Source: Dendrobates tinctorius
Taxonomy: Eukaryota
DNA length: 64,000 nucleotides
Assembly: GCF_039654945.1 (NCBI RefSeq)
Contig: NW_027362117.1
Span: 868,001 to 932,000, forward strand
Direction: 5' to 3'
Made by a program: the position numbers and the translations under genes. Below the pieces are notes generated by a model. That model had not been told where the DNA came from. It saw only the letters and a list, made by a program, of their open reading frames with translations, and did not search any database. This document shows positions 12,333 through 55,569 of the stretch, in pieces (position 1 is the first letter of the stretch; the number at the start of each line of letters is the position of its first letter).

Positions 12333-13299
12333 CAAAGGTTACATGTATTCATGTGTCTGGGATGTGTTCACTGCTGGAAGGGGGCAGTGTGATAGAGGCT
12401 GGTGGGTTTCCTGGGGTCCACACTCATCTGACTCTGGTGCTTTCTACGATAACTCAATTTTATGAATGAAATGGATTCCTAGTTTGGTGTGTAAAATCGG
12501 TTGAGAATGTATAAGATCCAGACAGCGCAGGCATGAGTATTGGATCCTGTGGGGAGGAGATATGGAGACAAGCCCTGCCCCCAAGGAGTCTCCACTATGG
12601 TACATGTATTTAGTTGATACTTTGCTCCTCATCAATCCGTTACAGCCTGTGCTTACAGTTACTATTGGGTCTATGAAGACCCCATCCTCCAGCGCTGCCA
12701 GATACATCTGCAGCTTCCTAAGGAGTAACCATTGTATTCTTACTTCATAAATGGTACATACTATAGAAACAATTTTCTATTAGTAATTTCCCAATACCAC
12801 AATAGTCCCCATTATCCAATTTAAAGTGTACCGTGAATTTAATTCTTTCTATTGATTTATGAAATAAGAAACGTAGGATCTATTACAAAGTTTCTTATTT
12901 ATAAATCAATAATAATAACAAATATTGTGGTAATATTGGGAGGTTACTGAATAATAGAAAATGCCTGCAACAATAACCTCATATTTAACCAAAGCCAATG
13001 GGGACGTTCAACGTATGAGCCATAGGACGAGTATCGTGCAAAGCCGATAGGGTTATTTCGTCCCCATATCGGCTCTAAGAAAATAATCAAAATATAAATG
13101 GAGGCAAAAATAAGCATCGGAAAATGCTAATACCTTGTCAGAGACAACAAATAATAAAAAATGTGACAGAAAAAGTAAAATCCAAAAGGACAAAGGCCGG
13201 GACAGGAATGTTATACGAGGGCGGCCTCTCCCCACGGATCTCTCCAGCGTGCACCGCAGGTATAATATAGATCCCTTTTATACAGACTAAACACAGCAC

Positions 13300-14812
13300 A
13301 ATGTAACTCCACGTCCATCACAGTTCTGTGAAATCAACCTGTCCAGTTATGAAGTAACACCGATTGTGAATTAATTTCTCCTGCTGCAAATGGAGCAGAG
13401 CAATTAGCAAGACAACCCATATAAAGGAGAGGAGCAGGGGGGACCACAGACCATTTCTCTGTTCTCATCCTTGGCTGTTTTGATCAATTTTGCATTTTGT
13501 CATTGGTCCCCCCCCCCCCAGAAGTAGAGTAGCATGAGGCGGTGTCTACTATACAACCCACAGAAGTTGCTCAGGTAGGGCAGGTTATTCAGGATGGCAC
13601 ATCAATGCAAGCTGTGGCAAGGCTAGCTGTCAGCACGGTGTCCAGAGCATGGAGCAGATACCAGGAGACATGCCAGTACACCAGGAGACGTGGAGGGGGC
13701 CATAGGAGGGCAACAACCCAGCGTCAGGACCGCTAACTCTTCCTTTGTGCAAGAAGGAACCGGAGGAGCCCTGCAAAATGACCTGCAGGCCTCTAACATC
13801 CATGTGTCTGCTCAAACTGTCAGAAACAGAATCCATGAGGTGGTATGAGGGCCCGATGTAAACAAGTGGGTGTTGTGCGTACTACCCAGAACCGGGCAGG
13901 GCGATTGGCATTTGCCAGTGAACACGAAGATCAGCATATTCCACATTGGCGCCCTGTGCTCTTCATGGATGAGCGCAGGTTCACACTGAGCATGTCACGG
14001 ACATGACAGTCTGGAGACGCTGTGGAGAGCGATTTGCTGCCTGCAACATCCTCCAGCATGACCGGTTTGGCAGTGGGTCAGTAATGGTGGGGTGGCATTT
14101 CTTTGGAGGGCCGCACAGTGTTGGGCTGTCAGCACAACCCCCATCTGTGGACGTCGGGCCCTCAGACCATCCTCATGGAGTTGGTTTCTAACCGTTTGTG
14201 CAGACACATGCACATTTGTGGCCTGACTGCCATTAGGTACCGAGATTAGATCCTCAGACCCCTTGTGAGACCATATGCTGGTGCGGTTGGCCCTGGGTTC
14301 CTCCTAATGCAGGACAATGCCAGACCTCATGTGGCTGGAGTGTGTCAGCATTTCCTGCAAGACGAAGGCATTGAAGCTATGGACTGGCCCGCCCGTCCCC
14401 CAGACCTGAATCCGATTGAGCACATCTGGAACATCATGTCTTGCTCCATCCACCAACGTCACGTTGCACCACAGACTGTCCAGGAGTTGTCTGATGCTTA
14501 ATCCAGGTCTGGGAGGAGATCCCTCAGGAGAATATCCGTCGCCTCATCAGGAGCATGGCCAGGCATTGTAGGGAGGTCATACAGGCACGTGGCGGCGCCA
14601 CACACTACTGAGCATCATTTCCTTGTCTGGAGGCATTTCCACTGAAGTTGGATCAGCCTGTAATTTGATTTTCCACTTTGATTTTGAGTATCATTCCACA
14701 TCCAGATCTCCATGGGATATTAATTGTGACTTACATTGATCATTTTTATGTTTTAGAAATACTTCATTTTCTGGAACAATTTCAAGGGTGCCAACACTTT
14801 CGGCCACAACTA
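13300..14812 (+). mobile_element. Degenerate Tc1/mariner transposon
   Basis: Transposase fragments including [16 protein letters not shown] (HTH), [33 protein letters not shown]; many frameshifts and an internal inverted segment. Confidence 0.85.
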
Positions 14813-15059
14813 TATCTCACGTATCCTGTATAGGTGGGGTCTTTAGTGTACAGAGATCCCATAGCCCCCAGCGGCAGCTGCGTCTACATTGCTGCATGTT
14901 GGGATGTCACTTTGTGTCAGTAATTTTGTCTCTTTGGGCTTTTACCCCCAGTCACCCTGCAAACAAATGGCCGCAGGACAAGTATTGATCGGGGTCAGTG
15001 GTGGGAGGAGATGAGATTTGGACGCCACGTGACCCACAAGTTGCAGAATCTCCTTTTAG

Positions 15060-15153
15060 GACACAATTGTTTGACTTTCCTGTTTGTTTCTACCCAAACT
15101 TCCTCTAAAGAGTTACCCATTAATCCAGAAAGTGACTGCGATCCGCCCGAGCC
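15060..15153 (+). promoter_or_regulatory. Putative liver-type proximal promoter of the ITIH gene (FOXA-like and HNF1-like sites)
   Basis: TGTTTGAC 15068-15075, TGTTTGTTT 15081-15089, GTTACCCATTAAT 15112-15124 (HNF1 consensus GTTAATNATTAAC); strong Kozak context gccATGG at 15154. Confidence 0.5.
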
Positions 15154-45824
<30,671 letters not shown>

Positions 45825-46534
45825 CAAGGACAATAATCATGTAATGACACAAAGTGGCAAATCTGTGACCGGATATTAAACCGTTTCCCTCTTTCTCTGT
45901 CAGTCATCATCATTGTAGGGGATGAGGCTCAGGGAACCTGGGACTCCAGTGATACATTGTAACGTGCTGTGGATGACTCGATACATTGTAACAATCCCTC
46001 AGCTGCGAGAAGCTTTAGGTTTAGATGTAAACAAGAGTATTGTCATTCACTGACAGCAAGCGGAAATCCTACATATTGTAAAGGAGAAATGCAAAGCTTT
46101 ATTATAAATAGATAAAATACTGGAACCGAATCAGAGAATGATTCATAAAACTTTTTTTGTTTGTTTTTGTCTATGGCTCGACTTCACCTCAACGCGACCC
46201 ATAGAGACCCAAGGATCGGTTCTCACCAACCTCCTGCTTCATGAAGTGAATGGCAGAGCTGCAGTGAAGACTGACACTTCTATAGATAGTGCAGTGTGAG
46301 GAAGGAGCCAGAGACGTATAGAAAGCTGGGTGACAACCTCTGTAGGAGGTGTCATGTCATCTCCGATGGTTGTCAGAATGCTGCCGCCTTGTCACATGAG
46401 TTCATTATCTTTCATACATTTATTAGTGAAAGTTATTGGCGCAGAAGCGTCTAACCAAACGTTTCACATAATATAAATAACTTCAGGGGGAAACAAAGCC
46501 TAAAAGAATAAAAAGCAAAAGCATAACACCCGAT

Positions 46535-46940
46535 GTAAGAGCAGAACAGTGAGTGCAGCTCTGGAGGTGACTGAAGGATACGACACGATGTAACAGCAGA
46601 ATAGTGACTGCAGCTCTGGAGGTGACTGGAGGATAAGATACAAAGTAACAGCAGAATAGTGTCTGCAGCTCTGGAGGATAAGACACGATGTAACAGCAGA
46701 ATAATGCCTGCAGCTCTGGAGGTGACTGGAGGATAAGATACAATGTAACAGCAGAATAGTGTCTGCAGCTCTGGAGGATAAGACACGATGTAACAGCAGA
46801 ATAATGACTGCAGCTCTGGAGGTGACTGGAGGATAAGATACAATGTAACAGCAGAATAGTGTCTGCAGCTCTGGAGGATAAGACACGATGTAACAGCAGA
46901 ATTGTGACTGCAGCTCTGGAGGATAAGACCTGATGTAACT
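46535..46940. repeat. Tandem array of (taacagcagaatagtgactgcagctctggaggataagacacgatg)-type units
   Basis: Direct repeats related to 7045-7280. Confidence 0.85.
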
Positions 46941-46994
46941 TTCCAGTATCAGAAGATGCCGCTCATTCTGCCATTTTTCCGCTGCAGCACGTTG

Positions 46995-47838
46995 GGCCAT
47001 GTTAGGAGTTTCTGCTGCGCTCCTTTCACCTCCTCGTTCCTCAGAATATATATCAGGGGCGTTATGACGGCGTAGAACACGGTAATGAAGCAATTTGCTG
47101 ACGTGTACACTGACATGGTCTGCACATACACAATAATCCCGGTGCCATAGAATATGGACACAACCAGTAAATGTGCCGCACAAGTGGAGAACGTCTTCTG
47201 CCGCCCCCGCCTGGAGTTTATTTTCAGGATGCTCCTCACAATTCAGCTGTAAGATACCAGGACTAACGTAAATCATGATGGCCCCAGGATCTCATCCACT
47301 GCGGTATCGGAAAATGAGAATTTGATAAGTGGCGTCACAAAAGAAGATGTCGATCTCGTATGGTCCATAGAAGGAAAGTCTCAGAAGAAAGCAGTTGTGG
47401 AACGTGGAGTTGACAAAGCCTCTGAAACAGGCACAGAGGGACGCAGACCGCCCTTCTCATCAGCATGGGGTACCGGAGCGGGTTACAGATGGCCACAAAG
47501 CAGTCATAAGCCATGACGGCCAGAAGGAACATCTCTGAGCTGCCCAGGAACGAGATCCTCCAGTTATCGGAGGAGAGGACGGCGAGCAGTTTAGGGACAG
47601 TCACCAAGAAGTAAGGAACATCGAGGAAGAAGAGGTGGCCCAGGAAGAGATGCATGGGGGGGTGAAGGTGAAAGTCCAGCTGTACCACCAGGAAGATCAG
47701 CACATTGCCCAGAACCGTGAGGACACAGACAATTATAAAGCTGAGGAAGAGGAGAATCTGGAGGTCAGAGACAGCGGAGTAGAGGACGAATTCCCCCACC
47801 GAGCTCTGGTCACCGTGTAAAGATTCAACAATGTTCAT
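46995..47838 (-). pseudogene. Olfactory receptor pseudogene (intronless class A GPCR)
   Basis: OR motifs GNVLI, LHPPMHLFL, MAYDCFVAICNPLRY, KTFSTCAAHL, PLIYILRNEEVKGA spread across frames; TM3 deletion, frameshifts, DRY changed to DCF. Confidence 0.88.
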
Positions 47839-48419
47839 CTGAGAAAAGAAACAATCAGCAATAAATAACAAGAAGTGCAAAAAGAACAAAAATGCCAAAT
47901 TATTAATATTCAGAGATGTCTGTAACAAGGTGGAGCTGACAGCCTCTGAGACACAGGATACAGCCTGGTGGTCAGAAGTAATAGAGAATGAGCTGGTGCT
48001 GTAAAATAACACATAATCTACACATGATGTACAGATCTGTGCAAAGTGTTAGGCAGATTGGAAAACATGCTGCAGAATAAAAAGCTTCATACATAGAAGG
48101 GTTAATGCTACTCTTATCTAATAACAAAATACAAAGCAACTGAATAAAAGAAATGTAAATCTTTTGCAGCACACCATGAAACCCCCTTCTGTGAAATCTT
48201 TGCCTAGGAGTGACCTTGCTGATGTAGTAAAACTACCTTGCAACTTGTTGCTGCACTAGGTTTTGCTGTGATGATTGAGCTGTTCCACAATCTCACCTTT
48301 GTAGCAGAGTTTGGCTGTTCCAAACTGTATAAACTGGGGAGAAATATAGGTGGCTTTGTCAGGGTGAAGTCCAGTGCGGAAAAACGTGTGTTGAGGTGCT
48401 TCTGCACCCCCCACCTATA

Positions 48420-48677
48420 TCTATAGGTAATGATTTATCTTTATAATTATCTTGATGATTTTGCATGTTTTCCCACCTACAAAGAATGGAGAGGTTTGTA
48501 ATTTGTATCGTAGGTACATTTCACCTGTGAGAAACACAATCTAAAGATAAAATCCAGAAAATCACATTGTATGATTTATATATAATTGATTTGCATTATA
48601 TTGCACAAAATAAGTATTTGATCACCGACCAATTCTGCCTCTCACAGACCTGTTAGTTTTCCTTTAAGAAGCCTCCT
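48420..48677 (+). mobile_element. Degenerate Tc1-type terminal fragment, continuing briefly after the LTR (~49570-49600)
   Basis: aatccagaaaatcacattgtatgattt...taagtatttgatcacc resembles Tc1 IR/DR ends. Confidence 0.45.
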
Positions 48678-49568
48678 TGTTGTGAACACTCTTGACCTGA
48701 CTTCTGAGTTTGGGCTCCCTCTGGTTGTTGCTGTGGGTAATGGAGCTGGTCGGGTTGACAGAAGTCAATCACCTGAAGAGGATGATTGGAGGTCAGGTGT
48801 TACAGACTGGGAGGATTTAAGTCAGCAAGCTTCCCTCAGTTGTTGCTGGTAATTTTTTTTTTCTTCCTGTGCATTTTGAAGTTCGCTTGCCCCCTGCTTG
48901 GTCCTGCATCGCTCAGATAAGTTATTTGTTTGCTGGAATCTTTTTGCATTTGATCCAGTTTTTGCCTTTTTCTGCTTTCTGCTTTGCTGTGTGGGTTCAG
49001 CATTGTTCCCTGCTGGGACCAGTGCTGGACCCCGTTCCATATGCCACAGCTTTTGTCAGTCTGTTCAGTATTGCTAGTCCCCTGTTATATCAGTATCTTT
49101 TGCTTTGCTTCCAGTTCACACCAGAATGCTGATCTAGTGGGGGAGAGGTCATGTGGCCTCAGTATTTTTGCATATCAGACGTGTTGGATTTTTCTTAGGG
49201 TTTTTTGCGTGATTGCAGACAGTATCTTTCCTGTCCTGTTCTATCTAGACAGTTTGGGCCCCATCATTTACTTACTCTATTTTCTGCCTGTGTTTGTGCC
49301 TCATCTTGTCTCACCAGCAATATATGTTTGGGGGCTATCTATTCCTTTGGGGTTCTACTCTGGGGCAGTTTGGCTTTCCCCTTTCTTGCTTTAGGCTTAG
49401 TTAACTCTTTGACTGTGCCGAGGCGTCTAGGGCATCGTAGGTATGTCCCACAGCTAATTCTAGTTGTGTTGTTTTAAGAATCTGCAATACACTTGGTTAC
49501 CAACCTTTCTGGTTTTCTGGTTGCCTAGCTTATTCCCCGGCTATCCTCCTTGGAGACCTAATCATAAC
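48678..49568. mobile_element. Solo LTR, same family as 29608-30426
   Basis: TGTTGTGA...TCATAACA termini; shared internal blocks (tcagacgtgttgga, tttgcgtgattgcagacagt, ccctttcttgctttaggcttagtta). Confidence 0.8.
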
Positions 49569-49599
49569 ACCGCCACTCTGCACTCATTACCTGTATTGA

Positions 49600-51975
49600 G
49601 CTCACCTGTACACTTAGCTAATTTACATGAATTTACATCTCCTGGTCCAGATGAATTACATCCTAGAGTACTGAAAGAGTTGGCAGAGGAAATTGCAGAA
49701 CCAATAGCCAGAATCTTGGAAAACAGGAGAAGTCCCAGATGATAGGGATAACATTTGTCTTCTCCAATCGTCAAAAGAGGAAAGAAAACACAGCCAGTAA
49801 ATACTGGCCAGTGAGCCTTACTTCTATACCAGGAAAGATCTGTAAACAAATTATTAAACAATATTTATGTAAGTACTTGGATAAAAATACAGTAATTATC
49901 CAGAGCCAGCCTGGGTTTGTAGTAAACTTGTCATGCCAAACTCATCTAATTTCTTTTTTTGATGGAATCACTGACTGGGTGGATAAGGGAAATTGGGTAG
50001 ATATAGTATATCTCAATTTCTGCAAATCATTTGATTTTTGCAAAGCATTTGATAAAGTATCTCATACTATCTTTATTGAAAGAATTAACAAGTATGGGAT
50101 TGACAAGGCTACGCTTAGGTGGATTCATAACTGGCTCAGTGATCACACTGAAAGATTGGTGATAAATCGTTGCACATCCAATTGGAAAAGTGTTACATGT
50201 TTGGGACCACAAGGCTCTGTCTTGGCTCCAGTGTTGATCAACACTGATCTAGAGAAGGGAACTGAAGGTAAACTAATCAAATTTGAAGACAATACAAGTC
50301 TAGGAGGGATAGCTAACACTAGAGAAGCCAGAGAAAGGATTCAGAAGGATCTAGATAAGCTTGAACAATGGGCAGTGACTAATATAATGGTATTTAACAG
50401 GGAGAAATGCAAGATTCTGCATCTGGGCAAGAGAAACAAACATTACATCTACAGAATGGGAGGAATAGAACTAAGCAACAGCACGTGTGAAAAAGGGGTA
50501 TACTAATAGATCACAGACTGCACATGAGTCAACAGTGTGATGCAGCAGCAAGAAAGGCAAACACAGTGTCATGATCCAGCGGGATCTGACAGTTTAAATG
50601 CACAAAGTGAACTTTTTTCCTTTGGCTTGGTGCCAAAGTGGGTTGATTGCCCCCGGTGGCCATTAGAATTATTACACGTGGTGTCGTTCGTTCTAAGTTG
50701 CCCCGGTGGTGGTGAGCGGTAGTGCACTTTAGTTTCTTTGGTTTAATGTGCACTTAACTACAAATCAGGTGTTAGGCTCTATAAAAGGGAGCCAGGTGGG
50801 TTCAATCACTGTTGGTGTTATTGTGTTCGTTATTGGGGAAGCAAGCCGGGGTGAGGAAGGAGCTGAACATGAGTCCTGCGCAGCCCAGCCAGAGGGGACG
50901 AGTGGCAGCTATGTGGTCTGCAAGAAGGGCTGGCATGGCGTGGTGGAGTCACAGTTTATGGTGTCAGCAGGAAGTGCTTGCATGGCTTGGTGGAGTGACG
51001 ACTATGGAGAGAGTTGCACTCAGCATGCGGGACTTGGTTGCTGAGACTGGACTCAAGCATGCTGGAATTTTTGGCAGAAGCTGGACTCATCTTTGGGACT
51101 CTGTTTACTGGGCAGCTGCAACTGGTGGTGGACTCTGCTCCAAGGCTGCACTATGGTGAAGGATCCAGTTATGGTGATGGATCCGGGTGGAGGAGAAGAT
51201 ACAGGTGGTGGGCTCTGTTGCTAGGAGCGTACACAACAGAGTAAAGCTAAGTGGTGTTTCCCCTGTATTGTCATTTTCCCTCATGTGTGTTTAGTGCAGT
51301 GGTGGGATTAGTTTCCGCACCGACCATTTCCCTAGTGAGGGTTTAGGTTCAGGGCGAGCTAGGGTTTTTAGGTTCTTGTGCGTCGCCCGGTGCGGAACCG
51401 GCATAGGGAACGTTAGGAATGCAGGGACACTGGCTCAGGGGAGTACAGGAGGTCTCCACTTCCCTATTCCCTATTGCAGGGCCCACCATTGTTAGTTACC
51501 CAGGTTCCCCCTTTATTATTTAAATTCGCCTTACTGGAGGCGGGGTTTCCAGACTACTTTATATATATGTGTAATACCTAAATTCGCCAGTTGGAGGCGG
51601 TGTATCCAACTGCACGTCTTATTTAAATTCGCCCCACTGGAGGCGGTGTATCCAGGGTCACGTGTGTCATATAGGTTCGCCTAGCGGTACTCGCTGCGTC
51701 CAGACACACGTGACCGTGACACAGTTCTAGGATGTATTAAGAGAAGCATAGAGTCTAGACCATGTGAAGAAATTATCCCCCTCTACTCCTCCTTGGTCAG
51801 ACCTCATCTGGAATACTGTATCCAGTTCTGGGCATAACATTAAAAAAAAAACATAATGAAACTGGAGCAAGTTCAGAGAAGAGTGACCAGGATGATGAGC
51901 GGACTGCAAAGTCCGACATCTGAGATGGTTTAGTGACTCCTGCATTGAGCAGGGGGTTGGATCCTTCCAACTCTC
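49600..51975 (+). mobile_element. Older degenerate CR1 (same family as 1525-2993), interrupted by an LTR at 50567-51721
   Basis: SPGPDELHPRVLKELAE, PVSLTSIPGKI, KFEDNTSLGGIANTRE; sequence resumes at 51722 where it broke (acag|ttctaggatgtatt). Confidence 0.88.
50567..51721. mobile_element. Solo LTR (~1.15 kb) inserted in CR1
   Basis: TGTCATGA...CCGTGACA termini; TATA-like tataaaa at ~50780; short flanking duplication (cag). Confidence 0.75.
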
Positions 51976-51999
51976 ACATGTTAGTATTTTATGCTTCTC

Positions 52000-52640
52000 C
52001 GATTGTAGCATTATTACTCGGAGTTCTACAGGCTCGGTCACGAATAGGATAGTTTTGGAAAGGGGTTTTCCATCCACGCAAAAACCACCAACAGATCGGG
52101 AAGACGGATCGGAATCTGATATCATTCCACTATGGCCTGTTAAATGAGGTTACCAGTGGAACCAGAGTTGAGGTAGGCCGACTTGACAAAATGGCTGCTG
52201 TCCGTGTCCTGACACTGACAGAATCAGTGACGGAGAGGAGTGATTTTCGCCCAGGGTAACCTCTTCAACAAACCCTAGGCTCAGGTATTTCCCGGTCTCT
52301 CCAGGCAGGAGCGGATTAATTGCTCAGGACTTCCATAATAGAAGCACCTTCTCTTGGACCGGCAGACCTTCTGACGATGCTTGGTCATCTTCACCTGGTC
52401 TACCTGCATGGCCACAAGAGAAGGTGCCAGTGTTGGTTTGCTGCATGACTGATCTTTGAAAGGTAGGAGCCAGGCGGTTCACCTCCCCAGAACGCTCCTG
52501 AAACCTATTGTATATCTGTGTGGCTAGAGACACCAGGTCATCCAGTTCGTCCTTGACTTGCCCCGACAGGTGCATGCCCTAAGCACTGTGCACGGGGATC
52601 TGCGTGCTGTGCGCATACCCTGTACATCAGCAGCAGGAGA
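52000..52640 (-). mobile_element. Ty3/gypsy gag-protease remnant
   Basis: GQVKDEL..LDDLVSLATQIYNRFQER...RLAPTFQR and VDGKPL...TEPVELRV fragments, frameshifted. Confidence 0.65.
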
Positions 52641-53053
52641 AGAGGGGGAAAGTGTGGGACTGCGGCAGAGAGTGATCAGCGTCTGTGCTGGGGAATGGAG
52701 GCAGAAGGCAGAGACGCCGGTGCTATAGTACCCCCCTTTACGACCCCTCTTTTTCAAGCCCATAAGGAATCCCTCCAGGAGGAGGAAGACATGGATGTTC
52801 TCCCTAGGCTCCCAAGACCTCTCTTTGAGGCAGAGGGCAGAGACGCCAGAGCTGCAGTACCTTTCCTTGGGAGACAGTCTCTTTGCAGGTTTAGAGGGAG
52901 AGTCCTGGCAATTTTGTCTTCACTTCTCTGCTTGTTGACTGTTCTCTAGAATCCCAATGGTTTTGTGACCCCATCCTTGGTAATCCACCATATAATAGGG
53001 GATTTTCTACAGATCCCCTGTGATACATATTCTCCTGGATTAGGTTAAGGTCC

Positions 53054-53952
53054 TGTTATGGTCGGCGGAACGCACCTAATAAAAATAATACAAGGTGCGT
53101 TCGCCGCCCGGGGTCCACCATGCGGTAGATGACAAGACCGCTGCTGGACAATGGCAGATACTCCAATGAGTGAAGTAGTGCGCTCGGGTTAACGTCACCC
53201 GAGCAGCTAAGGCCGGCTCTGTTCACGCACAGAAAACCTTTAAACAAATAAATACAGAAACGCTGGCCTTGTTAAACGCACAAGGTAACCAGCGGGGGCA
53301 TCGCAACCGCAAACGCCAGTGGACTGCTAAGCGCAGAGCGGCAGAACTGCTAAGCGCAGGCGCGGCGGTATCTCACGCCCTAGACGACGGTACCGACGGG
53401 CGCTAATACTAGGTGCGGTAGCACAGTGGCAAATAGCTAGCCACTACCTGGAGCTGACTATACACACTCGGTCACCACTCGTAATATCAGAGGGTAGGGG
53501 TTTCATAATAAGTCATCCACCAGAACATGCATCCATCACCATTCACACATAGCATAGTAGGTCTACACTAGCGCATGGCCGAGCCGCCATGCGGGCTTTT
53601 TATAGCCATGTGCTTTCGGGACCTTCCAGTAACCTGGGAAGAACCAATCAGATCTGACGCAGGACCTGGACATGTGACCCCTGCTCTCCACTGAGAGGAC
53701 AAGTTGCGGGCATGCCCAGTAGCACGGCACGAGGACTTAGCCTCTGGAGCGGTTCTCTGCAGAGCAGGTTGCGTTACCATTGCTGCACCAGAGGTGGCAG
53801 CAACATCCAGGCTCACAGAACGAGCCTGGGCAGAATGCCTGGCTCGCCGTGATTGCTGAGTAGGAGTCCGAGCGGTCGGAGCGGAATGGGGGACCAATGG
53901 ATGTCTGGCTCTGGATTCCCGCTGTGCAGCGTCAGGAATCCGACGCCTAACA
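53054..53952. mobile_element. Solo LTR (~900 bp) with 5-bp TSD
   Basis: GGTCC|TGTTATGG...GCCTAACA|GGTCC. Confidence 0.85.
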
Positions 53953-55569
53953 GGTCCTCATCTACAGTGTAATTTTTCAGCCCTATACTTGCTGTACTGG
54001 TTTTCCAGCTCCCAGTCCCTGGTGGTCTAGTGTTTTGAGGTTTTCTCAGTGCTGCATCTTAGGCTTCGATCTTCATTTCTTGGGGATCTAGTGGATACAT
54101 TCTCATCCTAAGGTTCAGTAATCACTTACGTTCATGTGCTTTGTGATAGTTGATTAATAAGATACCTGCTACTTGAAGAATCACACCAGGGACTTTGGTT
54201 TCGATAAATGTAAATCAAATATTGGGAAATCTAAAAGTTTTTGTTGCCAATCTCTGATGTCTGTTTGCATTTACTTTTAATAGACTTTTCTGTTAAACTT
54301 TAAGTTTTCTTTGATTCTTTTCAGGTCTAAAAATGTCAACTGATACAATTTATCAATTGCTAGAACTTTACCATAGTTTCCTATTCTGCCCGTCATGGAG
54401 GACTGTGAGGCCAAAACCTTTATTATTGTCACACAAATGTAAATAATTATAGGAATACAATAATTCATATTTCATTGACGAATGTGAACCTGCCCCTTAT
54501 ATCCTATAACTTATAATTATATTTCTTCAGAACTTTCTAGATCATGTCTGTTGGGGATTAGGCATAGATCCAGGTATAATTACCTCCCATATAATCATCA
54601 TCTTCACCTTTGCACCTTGTTATTAGCGGAGCCTAGCATTATATTAATTGCAGTTAATTTAAAATCTCAGATGGACAAAAATGAAATTACTGAAATTATA
54701 GAGGCCAACTTATTTCCTGGAGGAAGATAAAAACCTATAAATGGTGATGAGACGTTTGATGTTCTGCAATAGATGAAGTGATGCCTGCACGGAAGCGCTG
54801 CCCGCCGCGTCACCCGGTGAGACTGACACTGTTGGATGACAGCTCCTTATATTAGACTGAACATCTCATAAAATATATATTTTCTTGTATTATTGACAGT
54901 ATATTTACCCGGTTATTGTAGGTAATTTTCCAAAATGTAAAGGCAGAATGTTAAACTGTGTTAATTTTGCAGATTATTATATTCTTCATTACACATGGTA
55001 AAGGGACATTTTTTTACATTTTTGATCGTTAATTTTCCCTACTTAAAATGTACTAATTAATAATATTTTGAAATTCTATTTTACATGTCAAAACTAAAAT
55101 CTAAAATAATATTTTCCAAATGTTTCTGAAAAATGTTCATTTTAATTTTAACTTACCGTACATTTCCAATATTTAATAAAAATAAATTTCTGTGCAAGCA
55201 AAAGGTGTCTGTACTAATAATGAGTTGTATGAAAATACACTATGATAGGCAGATATGTAATATATAGATGAAGAGGTAAAGACTGGAAATAATCTTGAAC
55301 TTTATACTTTTCTCGTTTGACAACAATCAAAATAAAAAAAAATCTAAAGCAAAAATTGTGAGACTGTAATATAGAAAATGCAGACAGAAAACCTATCTAT
55401 ATATAAAATATCTATCTATTATCTATCTATCATCTATTTTCTATCTAGTATCTATCTAGTATCTATCTATTATCTATCATCCATTATCTATCTATCTTTC
55501 TATCTATTTATCATCTCGCTATTATCTTTCTATTATCTATTACTAGACGAAGAGCTCGGCGTGCCCGGG

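Noticed and set aside
12850-12885. Second hammerhead candidate (gaaacgta in the palindrome loop)
   Set aside because: No CUGANGA box or stem II
45825-45879. Longer ITIH C-terminus ending ...SVTGY* at 45879
   Set aside because: Wrong frame; phase-consistent translation stops at 45824 after the ITIH-like YIVSDVF
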